Assembly (NCBI RefSeq): GCF_006345805.1
Contig: NC_043006.1
Coordinates: 40,362,001-40,426,000 of the forward strand
From: Octopus sinensis
Lineage: Eukaryota
Reading direction: 5' to 3'
DNA: 64,000 nt
A program made the translations under genes and the position numbers. The notes beneath the pieces were generated by a model. It made no database searches. It was given only the letters and a program-made list of their open reading frames with translations, and had not been told where the DNA came from. This document shows positions 1-13,720 of this stretch, one piece after another (within the stretch, counting starts at the first letter, position 1; every line of letters starts with the position of its first letter).

Positions 1-839
1 GCTGACCAGACTCCAGTTGTCTGTTGTGGCATGGTTTCTATGGCCGGATGCTCTTCTGAGTACCAACCATTACAGAGTGTACTGGGTGCTTTTTATCAGC
101 CACTACACATACATATACTTCCACACACACATACACACACACAATGGGCTTTCCCATAATTTCCATCACCCAATCCCACTCACACGACTTTGGTCGGCTT
201 GAGGCTACTGGAGACAACAAATACTCAAGCTGAGACACAACAGGAATAAACATGAAACCACAAAGCTCCAAAGCAAAATTCCTCACGACACACCCACACC
301 TGCGACCATATATGGTGGCTGTCTGCTGCTTGCAGAGCTTGACCTTTTCTTGTATCTATAATTGCTCTTTCCCAGCGTGAGATCATAAATAACTTTTGAG
401 CCCTGAAAAGCATTTGAAGAGCTGATCACAAATACTGCTGTAATGTCTCATTTTGGCATTGGCTCCATTTTCCATTTGTTTATTAAGAATGTTCAAGTGC
501 TGCTTCAATCCTCCATGTGGACTTGCAGACTTTTTGACAGACACTCCATTGAAACTGGGCATCCAGAATGAAATTCCAATAGTTCATTTATGTCTGACCC
601 ACACGGGTGCACTGGTGCAATCTCATATCAGCACGAGATATGCATACTTTTGAGCATAAACATCATTTAAAGAAGAAGTGAGAAACTCTTGCAATGCTAT
701 TGATATTAATTTTAGTTTTTACAGAGTTTACTTTTCATTTCAGCATGTTCAAGTCAAGCCTACATATATAGACATATATATATATACATGTGGAGATTAA
801 AACATGAATACATAGATAAAAATATATATATATATATAG

Positions 840-1150
840 TGGAGGCGCAATGGCCCAGTGGTTAGGGCAGCGGACTTGCGGTCGTAGGATCGCAGTTTCG
901 ATTCCCAGGCCGGCTGTTGTGAGTGTTTATTGAGTGAAAACACCTAAAGCTCCACGAGGCTCCAGCAGGGGGTGGTGGCGATGCCTGCTGTACTCTTTCG
1001 CCACAACTTTCTCTCACTCTTTCTTCTGTTGGCCTGCTCGCTTAGCCAGCAGGGTGGCGTCATTTGAAGGCTAAAACAATGCAAAGTGCATTGTGATAAG
1101 CGATGTGTTGCAACATCTGATAGCCTGGTCAGTCACGGAGATCATGGTGA
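840..1150 (+). mobile_element. tRNA-derived SINE (family D)
   Basis: Head GGAGGCGCAATGGCCCAGTGGTTAGGGCAGCGGAC...TTCGATTCCC carries Pol III A/B-box-like motifs, then a non-tRNA body; flanked by (TA)n. Confidence 0.75.
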
Positions 1151-2030
1151 TATATATATAACAAGCTTCTTTCAGTTTCTGTCTACCAAATCCACACACA
1201 AGGTTTTGGTCAACCCAAGGCTACAGTAGAAGACACTTGCTCAAGAGGCCATGCAGTGGGACTGAAACTAGAACCATGTGGTTGGGGAAGCAAGCCTCTT
1301 ACCACACAGCCACGCCGGAATGATAAAAGGTGGTTCATTTCATTTTCTCCAGGATCTTTCTCACTCCACAATGTTGTAAACAAACCATTTTATATTAGCT
1401 GTGATCGTTATTCTCAAAAAAAAAAAAAAAAATGGGTCCTTTTTGTTGTGTTTGATCAGAGAATCACAGATGGAGATGCAATACAATGAATTTTTATTTT
1501 TTCCATTAAATTACAAGGTACCAAAAAAGCAGTGATTCATGAATCCAAAAGTTTTCAAATGCTTTATAACACTCATATATGTGAAGTATCTCTGCAATGT
1601 CTTATGTCAGGTGATCTGATTAATGCTTTGATTTTGTTATCAATGACTGTAGACCTGCAGAAATTTTCCCAGTCTACCAAGTCAAAATTTCCACTCCTAA
1701 AACTTGCAAACCACTTACAGTCCCTTCAGCTTTGGTACTATCTCCATAAACTTATTTGCTGTTTTGTTTGTAAATCATTTTTTATCTTTTCCAGAAATAA
1801 TTACTCTTTTACTCTTTTGTTTCAGTCATTTGACTGCGGCCATGCTGGAGCACCGCCTTTAGTCAAGCAAATCAACCCCAGGACTTATTCTTTGTAAGCC
1901 TAGTACTTATTTTATCAGACTCTTTGCCAAACCGCTAAGTTATGAGGACATAAACACACCAGCATCGGTTGTCAAGCGATGTTGGGGGGACAAACACAGA
2001 CACACATACACACACACATATATATATATA

Positions 2031-3688
2031 CACTACCGTCAGAAATTAATTAGCACCCTTGATTTGCTCTTCACTCAAGGTATTTGCTGTCACCTAGTGG
2101 CCATAGCTCGAACTATTGCTTTGTTGTGAGTTCACTGTTGCGCAGAACGATGACGTAACTTTGTTTGCAGAGCAGTTTGAGAGTCTACAGCCTAATGATG
2201 TTGACATAGCAGTGCAACAACAACTTGGAGTGCGGATGCAGACAAATCTTCCTTTGTTTAATAGATATAGGTAGCGCCTCGCAAGGACCGAAATCACACC
2301 GTACTAAGTTTTCTCATCGCGTAAGACGTTTTGAACAGCTCGTAGGTTAATTGATTTGTGTATTTGCAAGATTTTTTTTCCTCACAAATTCTCCTACACT
2401 CTGCTTGATGATGTCACTTCCGGTTCACAAAACTTTCTGTTATACATCAAATAAGGTGAGAAATTCTGCTTTCTTTCTTTTTGTTTAATGAATAACAACT
2501 CATAGCAGTTTTGTTATAGCATAACATTATTCAAATGAATAGTTTTAATGAAAATAACTGGTTTTTATCGTTCATTCCTAGATGGGCCCAAGACCTCGCA
2601 TGATCTTGGAGAGACGGTACGAGGCTCTCTCGTGGCGTGCGAAGCTGTCGGAGGCTGCAATAGCCAGAAAACTTGGTGTAGCCAGGCGCACAATTCAGTG
2701 CTTATTTAAGAAATACGAGGAAACCAGATCAGCAGCTGACAAAAAGGGTAGGGGACGGAAGAGGCTGACGACCCAGCGGGAGGACCGGATGCTGATCCAA
2801 AAGTTACTGTACAACCGAAGGGCAACGAGCCAGCAACTGGCGGAGGAGATGCAAAAGATGACAGGGAAGCAGTTGTCTACAACTACCGTCAAGACCAGAT
2901 TACTGGAAGCTGGTCTAAAATCCTGTAGGGCCGCCCATAAGCCGCTCCTTACAGCCCACAAGACATGGACTGTGCAGCAGTAGTGGACAGTGATGTTCAC
3001 TGACGAGTCGCAATTCAGTCTCGTCAGTGACAAGCCTGTCCATGTGCGACACCGCAGGGGTGAGCGCTTCAACAAAGACTGCATTGCTCCCACCATGAAG
3101 CATGGTGGGGGTGGTCTGATGGTGTGAGGGGCGTTCAGCTACAGTGGTGTTGGGCGGCTCTATGCCGTCGAAGGCAACATCAACGCAGCAAAGTACGTTG
3201 AGATAGTACGGGATACCTCTTTGGTGGCGAGGAGTACGTGCTCCAGCAGGACAACGCGCCTTCCCACACAGCCAAGCTCACAACCAGTTTCGTCAAGGAC
3301 CATGGGGTGACGGTCATGGACTGGCCTGGCCAGTCACCTGACCTGAACCCTATTGAGAACCTCTGGAGTCGATTGGGTAGGGATTTGAATGTACAGCAAT
3401 ACAGGAACCGACACAAGCTGTTTGGGGCACTTCTTGCTGCATGGAGGGCCATCCCTGCACAGTACCTGCAGGCACTCATAGACAGCATGCCGACCCGCAT
3501 GCCAAAGGAGGAGCAACAAGATATTGACTAAATTTCACGATTAATAACAATTATGTGGTGTGCTGGGATATGTTTTAATAAATTTTTGATTAAAAACGAG
3601 TTCGTTTCTGATAATAAGTTAATTAAATTAAGAAAATGTAAGAAAATGTAGAAATTTGAGAAGTGCTAATTAATTTCCGACGCAAGTG
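2031..3688 (+). mobile_element. Full-length Tc1-family DNA transposon (DD34E), defective
   Basis: Imperfect ~27-bp TIRs (CACTACCGTCAGAAATTAATTAGCAC / reverse complement CACTTGCGTCGGAAATTAATTAGCAC), flanked by TA within (TA)n, with an internal transposase. Inserted into the middle of a SINE. Confidence 0.95.
2582..3531 (+). pseudogene. Tc1 transposase pseudogene
   Basis: HTH region with GRKR motif, then FTDES, QQDNAPSH and WPGQSPDLNPIENLW; 34 residues separate the second D from the E. Disrupted by in-frame TAG (2981), TGA (3125), small deletions and a frameshift near 3200-3240. Confidence 0.93.
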
Positions 3689-4056
3689 TATATATATATA
3701 TATATATATACACGACGGGTTCTTTCAGTTTCCGTCTACCAAATCCACTCACAAGGCTTTGTTCGGCCCAAGGCTATAGAAGACACTTGTCCAAAGTGCC
3801 ACGCAGTGGGACTGAACCCGGAACCATGTGGTTGGTAAGCAAGCTACTTACCACACAGCCACTCCTACGCAAATGTATCTTGATTTCCCCTCCAATTTCA
3901 CTTTTAATATAAAAACAGTAGAAATAAACTATTCACACAGTAACTATACAGAAAGACATGTTACCTTTTAGAAAATATATATAGATAAAGATGTCAAGCG
4001 AGAAGCACAATCACATTTAAACACCAACTGAAAAATGACCCACATTTTGGTTCCAA

Positions 4057-4090
<34 letters not shown>

Positions 4091-4097
<7 letters not shown>

Positions 4098-5929
4098 GAT
4101 GCAAGCATGGAAGGTGGACGTTAAACAATGATGATGATCACACATACATACATACTTGTATATGTATATTTCTGTGTGTATATGTAAGTGTGTATGTGTG
4201 TTCCCTGCAAGCGCTTACAGCAGTTACCTGAGCAACGAAGGCTTTCCGTTACTCTTGATTCTCTACCGCTCAAAATCAGGTCTGCATTGAAGAGTTAGCC
4301 ATATACAGAAATCTGCACGTGAACACACACATATTACACATATACACACACCCATGCACACACACACACACATATATGCGCAAGTACACAAGCACGCTAT
4401 ATAAACAAATTCTGATGCTCATAAATAACATAGGAAAAACACACAGCAGGAATTAAAAGTTAAACCCTGCCAGATGTTTTACCATTGTGAAACGGTGTCA
4501 AGTTACAGAAAAAGCTTGACTCTAACACTGCCAATGGGCAGGGGAAATGGCCATGTGATTAACGAGTTCACTTCAGAACTACATGGTTACAGGTTCAATC
4601 TTACTGTGTATAACTTGAGTCAAATGACTTCTGCCAAGGTCTTGGGATTGACCAATGCTATGTGAGTGAAATTTGCTTGACAGAAACTATGCAGAAGCCT
4701 ATTGTGTGTGTGTGTGTGTGTTAAAATACATAATTGTGCATGTATGTATATTGGCTTCGAATGAACAAAATCAGTGTCAAACAAAAGTACTATGCTATTT
4801 AGTTCGATTTATGTACCTCTGCACCAAACTCACCTTCCCTTCTTCCTAAGATATATGTATATATATATATATTATATATATATATATATATAGGCGTACC
4901 TCACTCTATGTTGTTAATTGGTTCCAGGAGACACAACTTAAGTCGAATTAACTTGTAGCTAGGCTAGACCAAATTTAATTGTCTCAAAGCTAAACAAATA
5001 ATAACCATTCCCACTTCGGTACTTTATTTATTTATGTATTTTCAATAATTTATATATATTTTTAATACAATTTTAAAAAAACCCATACATCACAGATGCT
5101 TTATTTATGAATGCGGTTTGCAATAAGAACCATTTAATTATTTCAAGGCCTCTGCTGACTGTAAAGACTTAAGCTGTAGCTTCTTTAACTTATGCCTAAA
5201 TCTGGCCCTGGTGGCCATCTTACTCTCCCTTTATGTGCAGTGAACCCGGAAGCACAAATCTAGCATCTTTTTTACTAAGACATTGGGGTGTGATTTGAGG
5301 AAGATTTAGCTGCGATTTCCAGCAAATCAAACAATCACATAAAGGCCTTTTGGCTTCTAATAAAGATGTGTTTAGTGGTAGAGGTGGCTCTTTACCCGGA
5401 TTTTGCTGTTAATGGCATAAGTTTGATTCAGAAGACTGTGTTTGGTCTCATATCTGTTCATCGTTATTCTTTATTCTTCATTTGTTTCAGTCAGTTGACT
5501 GCGGCCATGCTGGAGCACTGCCTTTAGTCAAGCAAATCAAACCCAGGACTTATTCTTTGTAAGCCTAGTACTTGTTCTATCCGTCTCTTTTGCTGAACCA
5601 CTAAGTTACGGGGATGTAAACACACCAGCATCAGTTGTCAAGCGATGTTGGGAGTGGGGGAGTAAACACAGGCACACAAGCATACACATATACATATATT
5701 ACAAAGGGATCTAATGCTCTTAGCTGAGACTTTTTGGGGAGCAACCAGATCGAACCATCTCAAGTGTAACTGTCCGAAATGGTCATGACTTCTGGGACTT
5801 GACTGACTGATGAAAGAAAGCCAAGAATGACCCATCTTTTTCTGTCTGTCCTAATTATTGTTTCTCTTGTCTGCCTTTGTATTGTCTATCTCTCCAAATG
5901 TTTTAATGCCCTCTATTGCATTGTGACCA

Positions 5930-5985
<56 letters not shown>

Positions 5986-6739
5986 GATGCAAGCATGGAA
6001 GGTGGACGTTAAACAATGATGATGATCACACATACATACATACTTGTATATGTATATTTCTGTGTGTATATGTAAGTGTGTATGTGTGTTCCCTGCAAGC
6101 GCTTACAGCAGTTACCTGAGCAACGAAGGCTTTCCGTTACTCTTGATTCTCTACCGCTCAAAATCAGGTCTGCATTGAAGAGTTAGCCATATACAGAAAT
6201 CTGCACGTGAACACACACATATTACACATATACACACACCCATGCACACACACACACACATATATGCGCAAGTACACAAGCACGCTATATAAACAAATTC
6301 TGATGCTCATAAATAACATAGGAAAAACACACAGCAGGAATTAAAAGTTAAACCCTGCCAGATGTTTTACCATTGTGAAACGGTGTCAAGTTACAGAAAA
6401 AGCTTGACTCTAACACTGCCAATGGGCAGGGGAAATGGCCATGTGATTAACGAGTTCACTTCAGAACTACATGGTTACAGGTTCAATCTTACTGTGTATA
6501 ACTTGAGTCAAATGACTTCTGCCAAGGTCTTGGGATTGACCAATGCTATGTGAGTGAAATTTGCTTGACAGAAACTATGCAGAAGCCTATTGTGTGTGTG
6601 TGTGTGTGTTAAAATACATAATTGTGCATGTATGTATATTGGCTTCGAATGAACAAAATCAGTGTCAAACAAAAGTACTATGCTATTTAGTTCGATTTAT
6701 GTACCTCTGCACCAAACTCACCTTCCCTTCTTCCTAAGA

Positions 6740-6771
<32 letters not shown>

Positions 6772-7809
6772 GGCGTACCTCACTCTATGTTGTTAATTGG
6801 TTCCAGGAGACACAACTTAAGTCGAATTAACTTGTAGCTAGGCTAGACCAAATTTAATTGTCTCAAAGCTAAACAAATAATAACCATTCCCACTTCGGTA
6901 CTTTATTTATTTATGTATTTTCAATAATTTATATATATTTTTAATACAATTAAAAAAAAACCCATACATCACAGATGCTTTATTTATGAATGCGGTTTGC
7001 AATAAGAACCATTTAATTATTTCAAGGCCTCTGCTGACTGTAAAGACTTAAGCTGTAGCTTCTTTAACTTATGCCTAAATCTGGCCCTGGTGGCCATCTT
7101 ACTCTCTCTTTATGTGCAGTGAACCCGGAAGCACAAATCTAGCATCTTTTTTACTAAGACATTGGGGTGTGATTTGAGGAAGATTTAGCTGCGATTTCCA
7201 GCAAATCAAACAATCACATAAAGGCCTTTTGGCTTCTAATAAAGATGTGTTTAGTGGTAGAGGTGGCTCTTTACCCGGATTTTGCTGTTAATGGCATAAG
7301 TTTGATTCAGAAGACTGTGTTTGGTCTCATATCTGTTCATCGTTATTCTTTATTCTTTCATTTGTTTCAGTCAGTTGACTGCGGCCATGCTGGAGCACTG
7401 CCTTTAGTCAAGCAAATCAAACCCAGGACTTATTCTTTGTAAGCCTAGTACTTGTTCTATCCGTCTCTTTTGCTGAACCACTAAGTTACGGGGATGTAAA
7501 CACACCAGCATCAGTTGTCAAGCGATGTTGGGAGTGGGGGAGTAAACACAGGCACACAAGCATACACATATACATATATTACAAAGGGATCTAATGCTCT
7601 TAGCTGAGACTTTTTGGGGAGCAACCAGATCGAACCATCTCAAGTGTAACTGTCCGAAATGGTCATGACTTCTGGGACTTGACTGACTGATGAAAGAAAG
7701 CCAAGAATGACCCATCTTTTTCTGTCTGTCCTAATTATTGTTTCTCTTGTCTGCCTTTGTATTGTCTATCTCTCCAAATGTTTTAATGCCCTCTATTGCA
7801 TTGTGACCA

Positions 7810-7810
<1 letters not shown>
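4091..7810 (+). repeat. Near-identical tandem duplication, unit ~1.88 kb (4091-5930; 5979-7810)
   Basis: Identical ORFs recur at offsets of 1880-1888 (4474/6362, 5638/7518, 5827/7707). The copies differ mainly in microsatellite and homopolymer lengths and at about one substitution; the junctions are (TA)n. Confidence 0.95.
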
Positions 7811-7853
<43 letters not shown>

Positions 7854-9813
7854 ACGAGAATGTGTGTCTGTCTGCGTGAATCCCTAAAACTTGAGAACTA
7901 CACAACCAATTTCATTCAAATTTTACACATGCCTTACTTTAGAGTCCATGTAGTGTCATAGGCCCCCCAAATTTTTTAACTCTATGCCTAGTGCGAGCCC
8001 ACAGCAATATCATATCTTCTCCACTATTTCAGTATTACGTGTCAAAAGTGAAACAAAAACATCTCTCTATTGCAGTGTCCCTTTCTCTAGACTCAACAAG
8101 TTAATAATAATAATCGCAAAATACTTTCTATGTAATCTCAAGTTTTAAAACAAACATAATTTTCGTATGGTTTTTTTAGGCATTCACTAGTACAACTCTA
8201 AGTACAAAACCAAATATATGGCACCCTAGGCATAACACCAACATGAACTTCCAACTTGTTGTCTCTTGAGGTCTCTGGGTGAGACTTGGAGCCAGCTTGT
8301 GCAAATGTAAAGCAAAAGTCAAACATAGAATAATAATAAAAATGATAATTATATATATATATATATATTTGAACGAACTGGAATGGGAATAAATTTGCTT
8401 TCAAAGAGTCAATGGAATAGAAAAAGTTGGAAACTCCAGGCTCAGATGGAATGTTTTTGATCATCGATCTGCTTAATCAGATCAGGGCTGTCCTGGGGCT
8501 AAGAAACAACTAATCTCATCAGTACCAGTAATTGTTAAAAAAAAACTATCTCCCATGAGAATAGCTACCACCAACATTATACCACCAGTAGTAAAAACCG
8601 TCACTATCAGTGCTGCCACCATCATCATCACTATCACCATGGGCGATACCAATTCCACCACTACTAAAGATCATCTTCAGCAGCCGTATCACAACCAGCA
8701 CCACTAAAGGCCATCACCACACCACCACCACCACCAGTATCGCCACCGCTGCCAGCCCCCATCAGCCCCCCCCCCCATGTAAGCAGCACAGATAGAAAAC
8801 AAGTTTCAACAACTTTTTACAACCATTACAAACACAAATCAAACCGAGAGAGACAATTGCTCTTCTTGCTTTCTGGCTTTTTCTTTGTTTTTTTTTTTTT
8901 TCCATCACAGTTTTATTGCTTTTATTTCAAGTTTGGAGTTTTGCTTATTAAGTAATTCTCTTTTATTACTTGTTCTTCTCTGTATTTCATAGGACAAACG
9001 TTAATAACTTCCTTTCTCTCTCTCTCATTCTGCCTCTCTCTTTCTCTCAATCGTCTGTCATTATTGCTCTTAATTTATCTCATTTCTATTCACATCATAC
9101 ACACACACACACACAATCACTAAAACCCAGTCAACTCACATCAACTCCCTCCCTCTCTCTCTCACACACACACACACACACATCAATCATCCATGTTGTG
9201 TATAGCAGCTTCTCTCACACTCTCCTATTCTCTGTTTCCTCTTGTGACCAAAAGCATAAAAGTAACATAAAAATCTAATTATAATAAGCGAACAACAAAT
9301 GGAATCATATTATTAACATTTCAAATGAATTGTATGTTATGGAAGCCCACAACATATTGAAAGTTAAAAAAATTTTTTTTTTTATGGAAGGATATAAAAG
9401 CAATAAACAGTTATTAAAGCAAGACAAAAGAAGGGAAATCCAGAATGCTTTGCAATTGAATCAATATCGATCTCATAAGTTTTCTTTCCGTGAGAGGGGA
9501 ACATTTTGCATTCTAATACATAAGCATGTTAAAGTGGCAAGTCAGCAGAATTGTTACCACATTTGGCAAAATGTTTACGATAAATTCATGAGTCGCAAAG
9601 ATTCAGTTGAAGTTTGTTCATAATTTTTTTAACTTCAAAATTTTTCTCGAGATCAATTGGTAGTGAAGCTAGATAAAAGGCACTGGCGATGGTGCCACGC
9701 AAAAAGCACTGGCAATGGTCTCATGTAAAAGGCACCAGTGCTGGAGCTACACAAAAAGCACCCAGTACACTCCGTAAATGGGTGGTATTAGGAAGGGCAT
9801 ACACCAAAGAAAC

Positions 9814-10078
9814 CAGGGCTGTGGAGTCAAAACAAAAAACTTTGACTCTGACTCCTCTACTATTGGCACCTCCGACTCCTCTTTATGTAATTAAGTGATT
9901 GTGGTCTACATATCTCATAAAGCATATGCATACGCTTGTACTTCGAGTAGGGCTATATGTTATAGCTGGTTTATATTAAAGAATAAAGATAATGTGAGTC
10001 AGAGTCAGTATAGTTTTACCAACTCCAACTACTCCTTGTTTCTGACTCTGACTCCACAACTCCGACTCCACAGCCCTG
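9814..10078. mobile_element. hAT-like MITE
   Basis: TIRs CAGGGCTGTGGAGTC / GACTCCACAGCCCTG; 8-bp TSD AAAGAAAC/ATAGAAAC (7/8); internal GACTCC/GACTCT repeats; inserted in a family C SINE. A partial second copy lies at about 19841-20106. Confidence 0.85.
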
Positions 10079-11552
10079 ATAGAAACCATGCCAAAACGAT
10101 GGAACCTGGTGTGGCTCCTGACCTTGCTAGCTCTTGTGTCAATCTGTCCAACCCTACCAATATGGAAAACAGACATTAAATAATGATGATGACGATGATG
10201 CTGCTCTCAGCTTATATACCTGACATATTGGTTTCAAATTTTGGCACAAGTCCAGCAAGTTCGGGGAAAGGGGCGGGGTGAGTCGATTACATAAACCCCA
10301 GTGATCAACTGGTACTTATATTAACAACCCCCACCAAAAGTATGTAAATCAAAGCCAACCTCAACAGAATTTGAACTCAGAAAATAAATACAAATGAAAT
10401 GCCGCTAAGCATTTAGCCCAGTGTATTAACAATTTTATCACTTACGCCATCTTGATATATGCCTGGTATATTAAAACCAATGTTTTTGGCCTAAAAATGT
10501 TCACCTCGGCCTAAACAGTGAGTCAGCTTATGTGCGGGTTGAAGACAACGGATGAGTTCTCAGTTTTAGCCAAACAACCTGCACAAACAATTTGTTTATA
10601 GTGATCAGATGTATGTGTTGTACATTAGATCAGTCCCTCCATCAAATCAACATTGCCTGAATAGGTGGCGGTGAACCACATGTCAGGTGTTGAAAAAAAT
10701 CACAGAGCAAAGTGAAGCTCAAGAATACAATGCACCAACCAGTCTAGGAATTGAAACCAGGATCTTGCAATCCTGAGTGCAACACCCGAACCACTAGGTC
10801 GTGTGTCCATGGCATATACGCTGTATATAAAACATAGTAGTGAGATAACATTTGCAGTGTTGCAGCAACATTTACCGAGTGCAATATGGTGTGGTGATTT
10901 CTATACAGGTAGCAACATAGGTGTGTAATATAGCAAGCAATCAACGTTTTAGCATTGTAATGAAAATAAGACAGACAGACAAGCAGACAGGATAGATTTT
11001 ATACCCAGCTGCTGGGTAGATGAATGGGTGGGTGGAGAAGGCAGTGGAATGTAGACCAGACTACCTGTTTTAAATAATCACAGGAGTGTATACAGGTGAA
11101 GGTTTATTTATCCTTTAGACACAACCAATCCCAACACAGTGCTCAACAGAAATTAGGTCAGATTAAGTCACAGAGAGATATCTTGCTGAGGTAGTTATTA
11201 TTGCTTTTGTTATTGTCAATGGTGGTATTGGCATATTTGGTATTCATGATGCCAAGTCAGCCCTGGTTCAATAGACCTATGATCGTAGACATTCCAACCA
11301 TAGCCATCTCATTTTTTTTTTATTATGTCTAGAAATAACTGTTTTGCCTAATATGTCTATTTTGTCTGAAGACAGTCTAGTGTGATTTGAAAGAGATTTG
11401 GTCACTATTCCTAGCAGACCAAGGGACCGCACATGGGGCCTATTGGCTAGTAGTCATGAATATTACCATAATGTATGGAAAAAATGTACTCTGACGAGTA
11501 TATATGTGTAGAGGCTAAATTTGAGAAATTCATCTGTTTTACAGAAATAGTT

Positions 11553-11940
11553 TAATGTATTGGTGATACCAACCACATGGTTCTGGGTTCAGTCCCGCTG
11601 CATGGCACCTTGGGCAAGTGTCTTCTACTATAACCTTGGGCCAACCAAAGACCTGTGAGTGGATTTAGTAGATGGAAACTGAAAGAAGCCCATTGTATAT
11701 ATGTATATATATGTATATATATATATGTGTGTGTGTGTATATGTTTATTTGTGTTCGTCCCCCAAACATCGCTTGACAACCGATGCTGGTGTGTTTGCGT
11801 CCCCGTAACTTAGCGGTTCGGCAAAAGAGACCAATAGAATAAGTACTAGGCTTACAAAGGATAAGTCCTGGGGTCAATTTCCTCAATTTGCTCCAGCATG
11901 GCCACAGCCAAATGACTGAAACAAGTCAAAGAGTAAAAGA
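11553..11940 (+). mobile_element. Family A SINE, head-truncated
   Basis: accaaccacatggttctgggttcagtccc...ggcaccttgggcaagtgtcttctac...aatgactgaaacaag. Confidence 0.75.
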
Positions 11941-12127
11941 GCATTGGAGAACATAAACATCAAAGTTGTAGTGGAGAAAAGGTTAGGCAAAACGGAGGGT
12001 TGGAAGCCATTTGAATATTGGCAAAGAGTTACCTGTATCATGATGATTTGCACCTGGTATCAAAATGCCAATATCATAACTGATACTCAGTGCATTGTGA
12101 ACACCTGTAAAAGCTGTAAGACATGAC

Positions 12128-12580
12128 ATGGATAGCTGCAACGGAGACTATGAAGCCATGGTCAGCAAACTGTGGTGGTTTTGGGGTGTGTCCCCAGTGA
12201 CGGTGACATGCCCACTCTCCATCTTTGTGCAGGGCTTTAGGCTCAATTCAAACGGCTATGTAAAGTTACTGGAGACTGTGGTCAAACCCTGGCTAGAGAG
12301 GGTTGCTTCTTGCGGAACGAATCAGAAATGGTTGCCAGAGAATTTCTAGGATTTCAGCAGCCCCAATTTCTGGTCCCCCATTTTCCCTGATTGTAGTCCC
12401 ATTGGTTACTATGTATGGGACGCAGTTGAGAAAGACACCAGCCGCTCAAGACTAAACTGGTGACCGAGATCAAGGAGGCATTTGAAGATCTTCCCAGGGA
12501 TACAGTGAAAAACACATGTGTTAGGTTCTGAAGCTGCTTTGAGGTCATCATTGAAGTTGAGGGTAGCTCCATTTAGCAAA
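12128..12580 (+). mobile_element. Degenerate Tc1/mariner (DD37D/maT-like) transposase remnant
   Basis: Translations QGFRLNSNGYVKLLETVVKPWL and PNFWSPIFPDCSPIGYYVWDAVEKDT (degenerate WPPxSPDLNPLDYxVW), plus the C-terminal FEVIIEVEG; contains stops and frameshifts. Confidence 0.75.
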
Positions 12581-13157
12581 CTTATCTCACAGCCATAATC
12601 TTGTTGATATTTTTTAATTTATATTTCTAAAATCCTTTTATTTTTAGATAGGATATTGTTTTGTTATTTCCTTTTATGCAAACTGTCAAATTTAACGTAA
12701 ACTCAAATGTCATGGTTGTGTAAGTTATTAATTCACTTGTCCATTAAATGGCTCCTAGTTCAGTCCCACTGTGTGGCACCAGGGCTAACCAAACCAAAGC
12801 CTTATGAGTGGAGTTGGTAGCTGGAAACTGAAAGATGTATGTATGTATATATCTGTACATTTTTTTTTTGCTCATAAAAAACACCATTCAAGCCAGTGCC
12901 ACCTGACTGGCTCCTGTCCCAGTGGCACATAAAAGGCACCATTCAAGCGTGGTTGGTGCCAGTACCGCTTGACTGGCACATAAAAAGGACCCACTATACT
13001 CTCGGAGTGGTTGGCATCCAGCTGTAGACACCTCGCCAGATCAGATTGGAGCCTGGTGCAGCCCACTGGCTTTCCGGTCTTCAGTCAAACCATCCAACCC
13101 ATGCCAGCATGGAAAGCAGACATTAAACGACAACGATGATGCACATATATGTGTGCA

Positions 13158-13212
<55 letters not shown>

Positions 13213-13351
13213 CGTGAACAGGTACACATATAGTTGTCTAGCAAACTGAAACTTCGAAGTCACTGTCACCACTCTCCTTGTAAAAGTATAATAAATGCAT
13301 ACTCGCCAGAAAGTATCAAATAATTCTTCAGTTTAATGCTAAATTGTTTCT

Positions 13352-13720
13352 AGGCTGATTGCAAGAAGTCAGCTTCCCAACTGCATGGTTCTGGGTTCAG
13401 TCCAAATGCATGGCACCTTGGGCAAGTGTCTTCTACTAAACCCTGGGGCCAACCAAAGCCTTGAGAGTGGATCTGGTAGACATATATAGACATATATCTG
13501 TGTGTCTTTGTGTTTGTCCCCGCCACCACCACTTGATAACCAGTGATGGTTTGTTTACATCTCCATAGCTTAGCAGCTCAGCAAAAGAGATAGATAAAGT
13601 ATCAGGCTTAAAAGTAAGTACTGGTGTCAATTCATTCAACTAAATTTCTTCAAGGCGGTGCCCCAGTATGGCTGCAGTCTAATGACTGAAACAAGCAAAC
13701 GATAAAAGATTAAAGACATA
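13352..13720 (+). mobile_element. Family A SINE, diverged (CpG-decayed)
   Basis: Co-linear with the family A consensus, with many CG to TG/CA changes. Confidence 0.7.

Larger units (their letters stand above)
1805..3870 (-). mobile_element. CORE-like tRNA-SINE (family A), split by the Tc1 insertion (1805-2030 and 3689-3870)
   Basis: The two halves are co-linear with the intact copy at 28400-28830. The minus-strand head is GTGGCTGTGTGGTAAG...GGGTTCAGTCCC followed by a GCACYTTGGRCAAGT core-like block. Confidence 0.8.

Noticed and set aside
841-915. tRNA-like sequence (also 50660-50730 and 57950-58010)
   Set aside because: Only the A/B-box regions resemble tRNA. There is no complete cloverleaf or acceptor stem, and each continues into a repeat body, so these are SINE heads.
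2695-3500. Minus-strand ORFs of 133, 62 and 106 aa
   Set aside because: Antisense shadows of the GC-rich Tc1 transposase.
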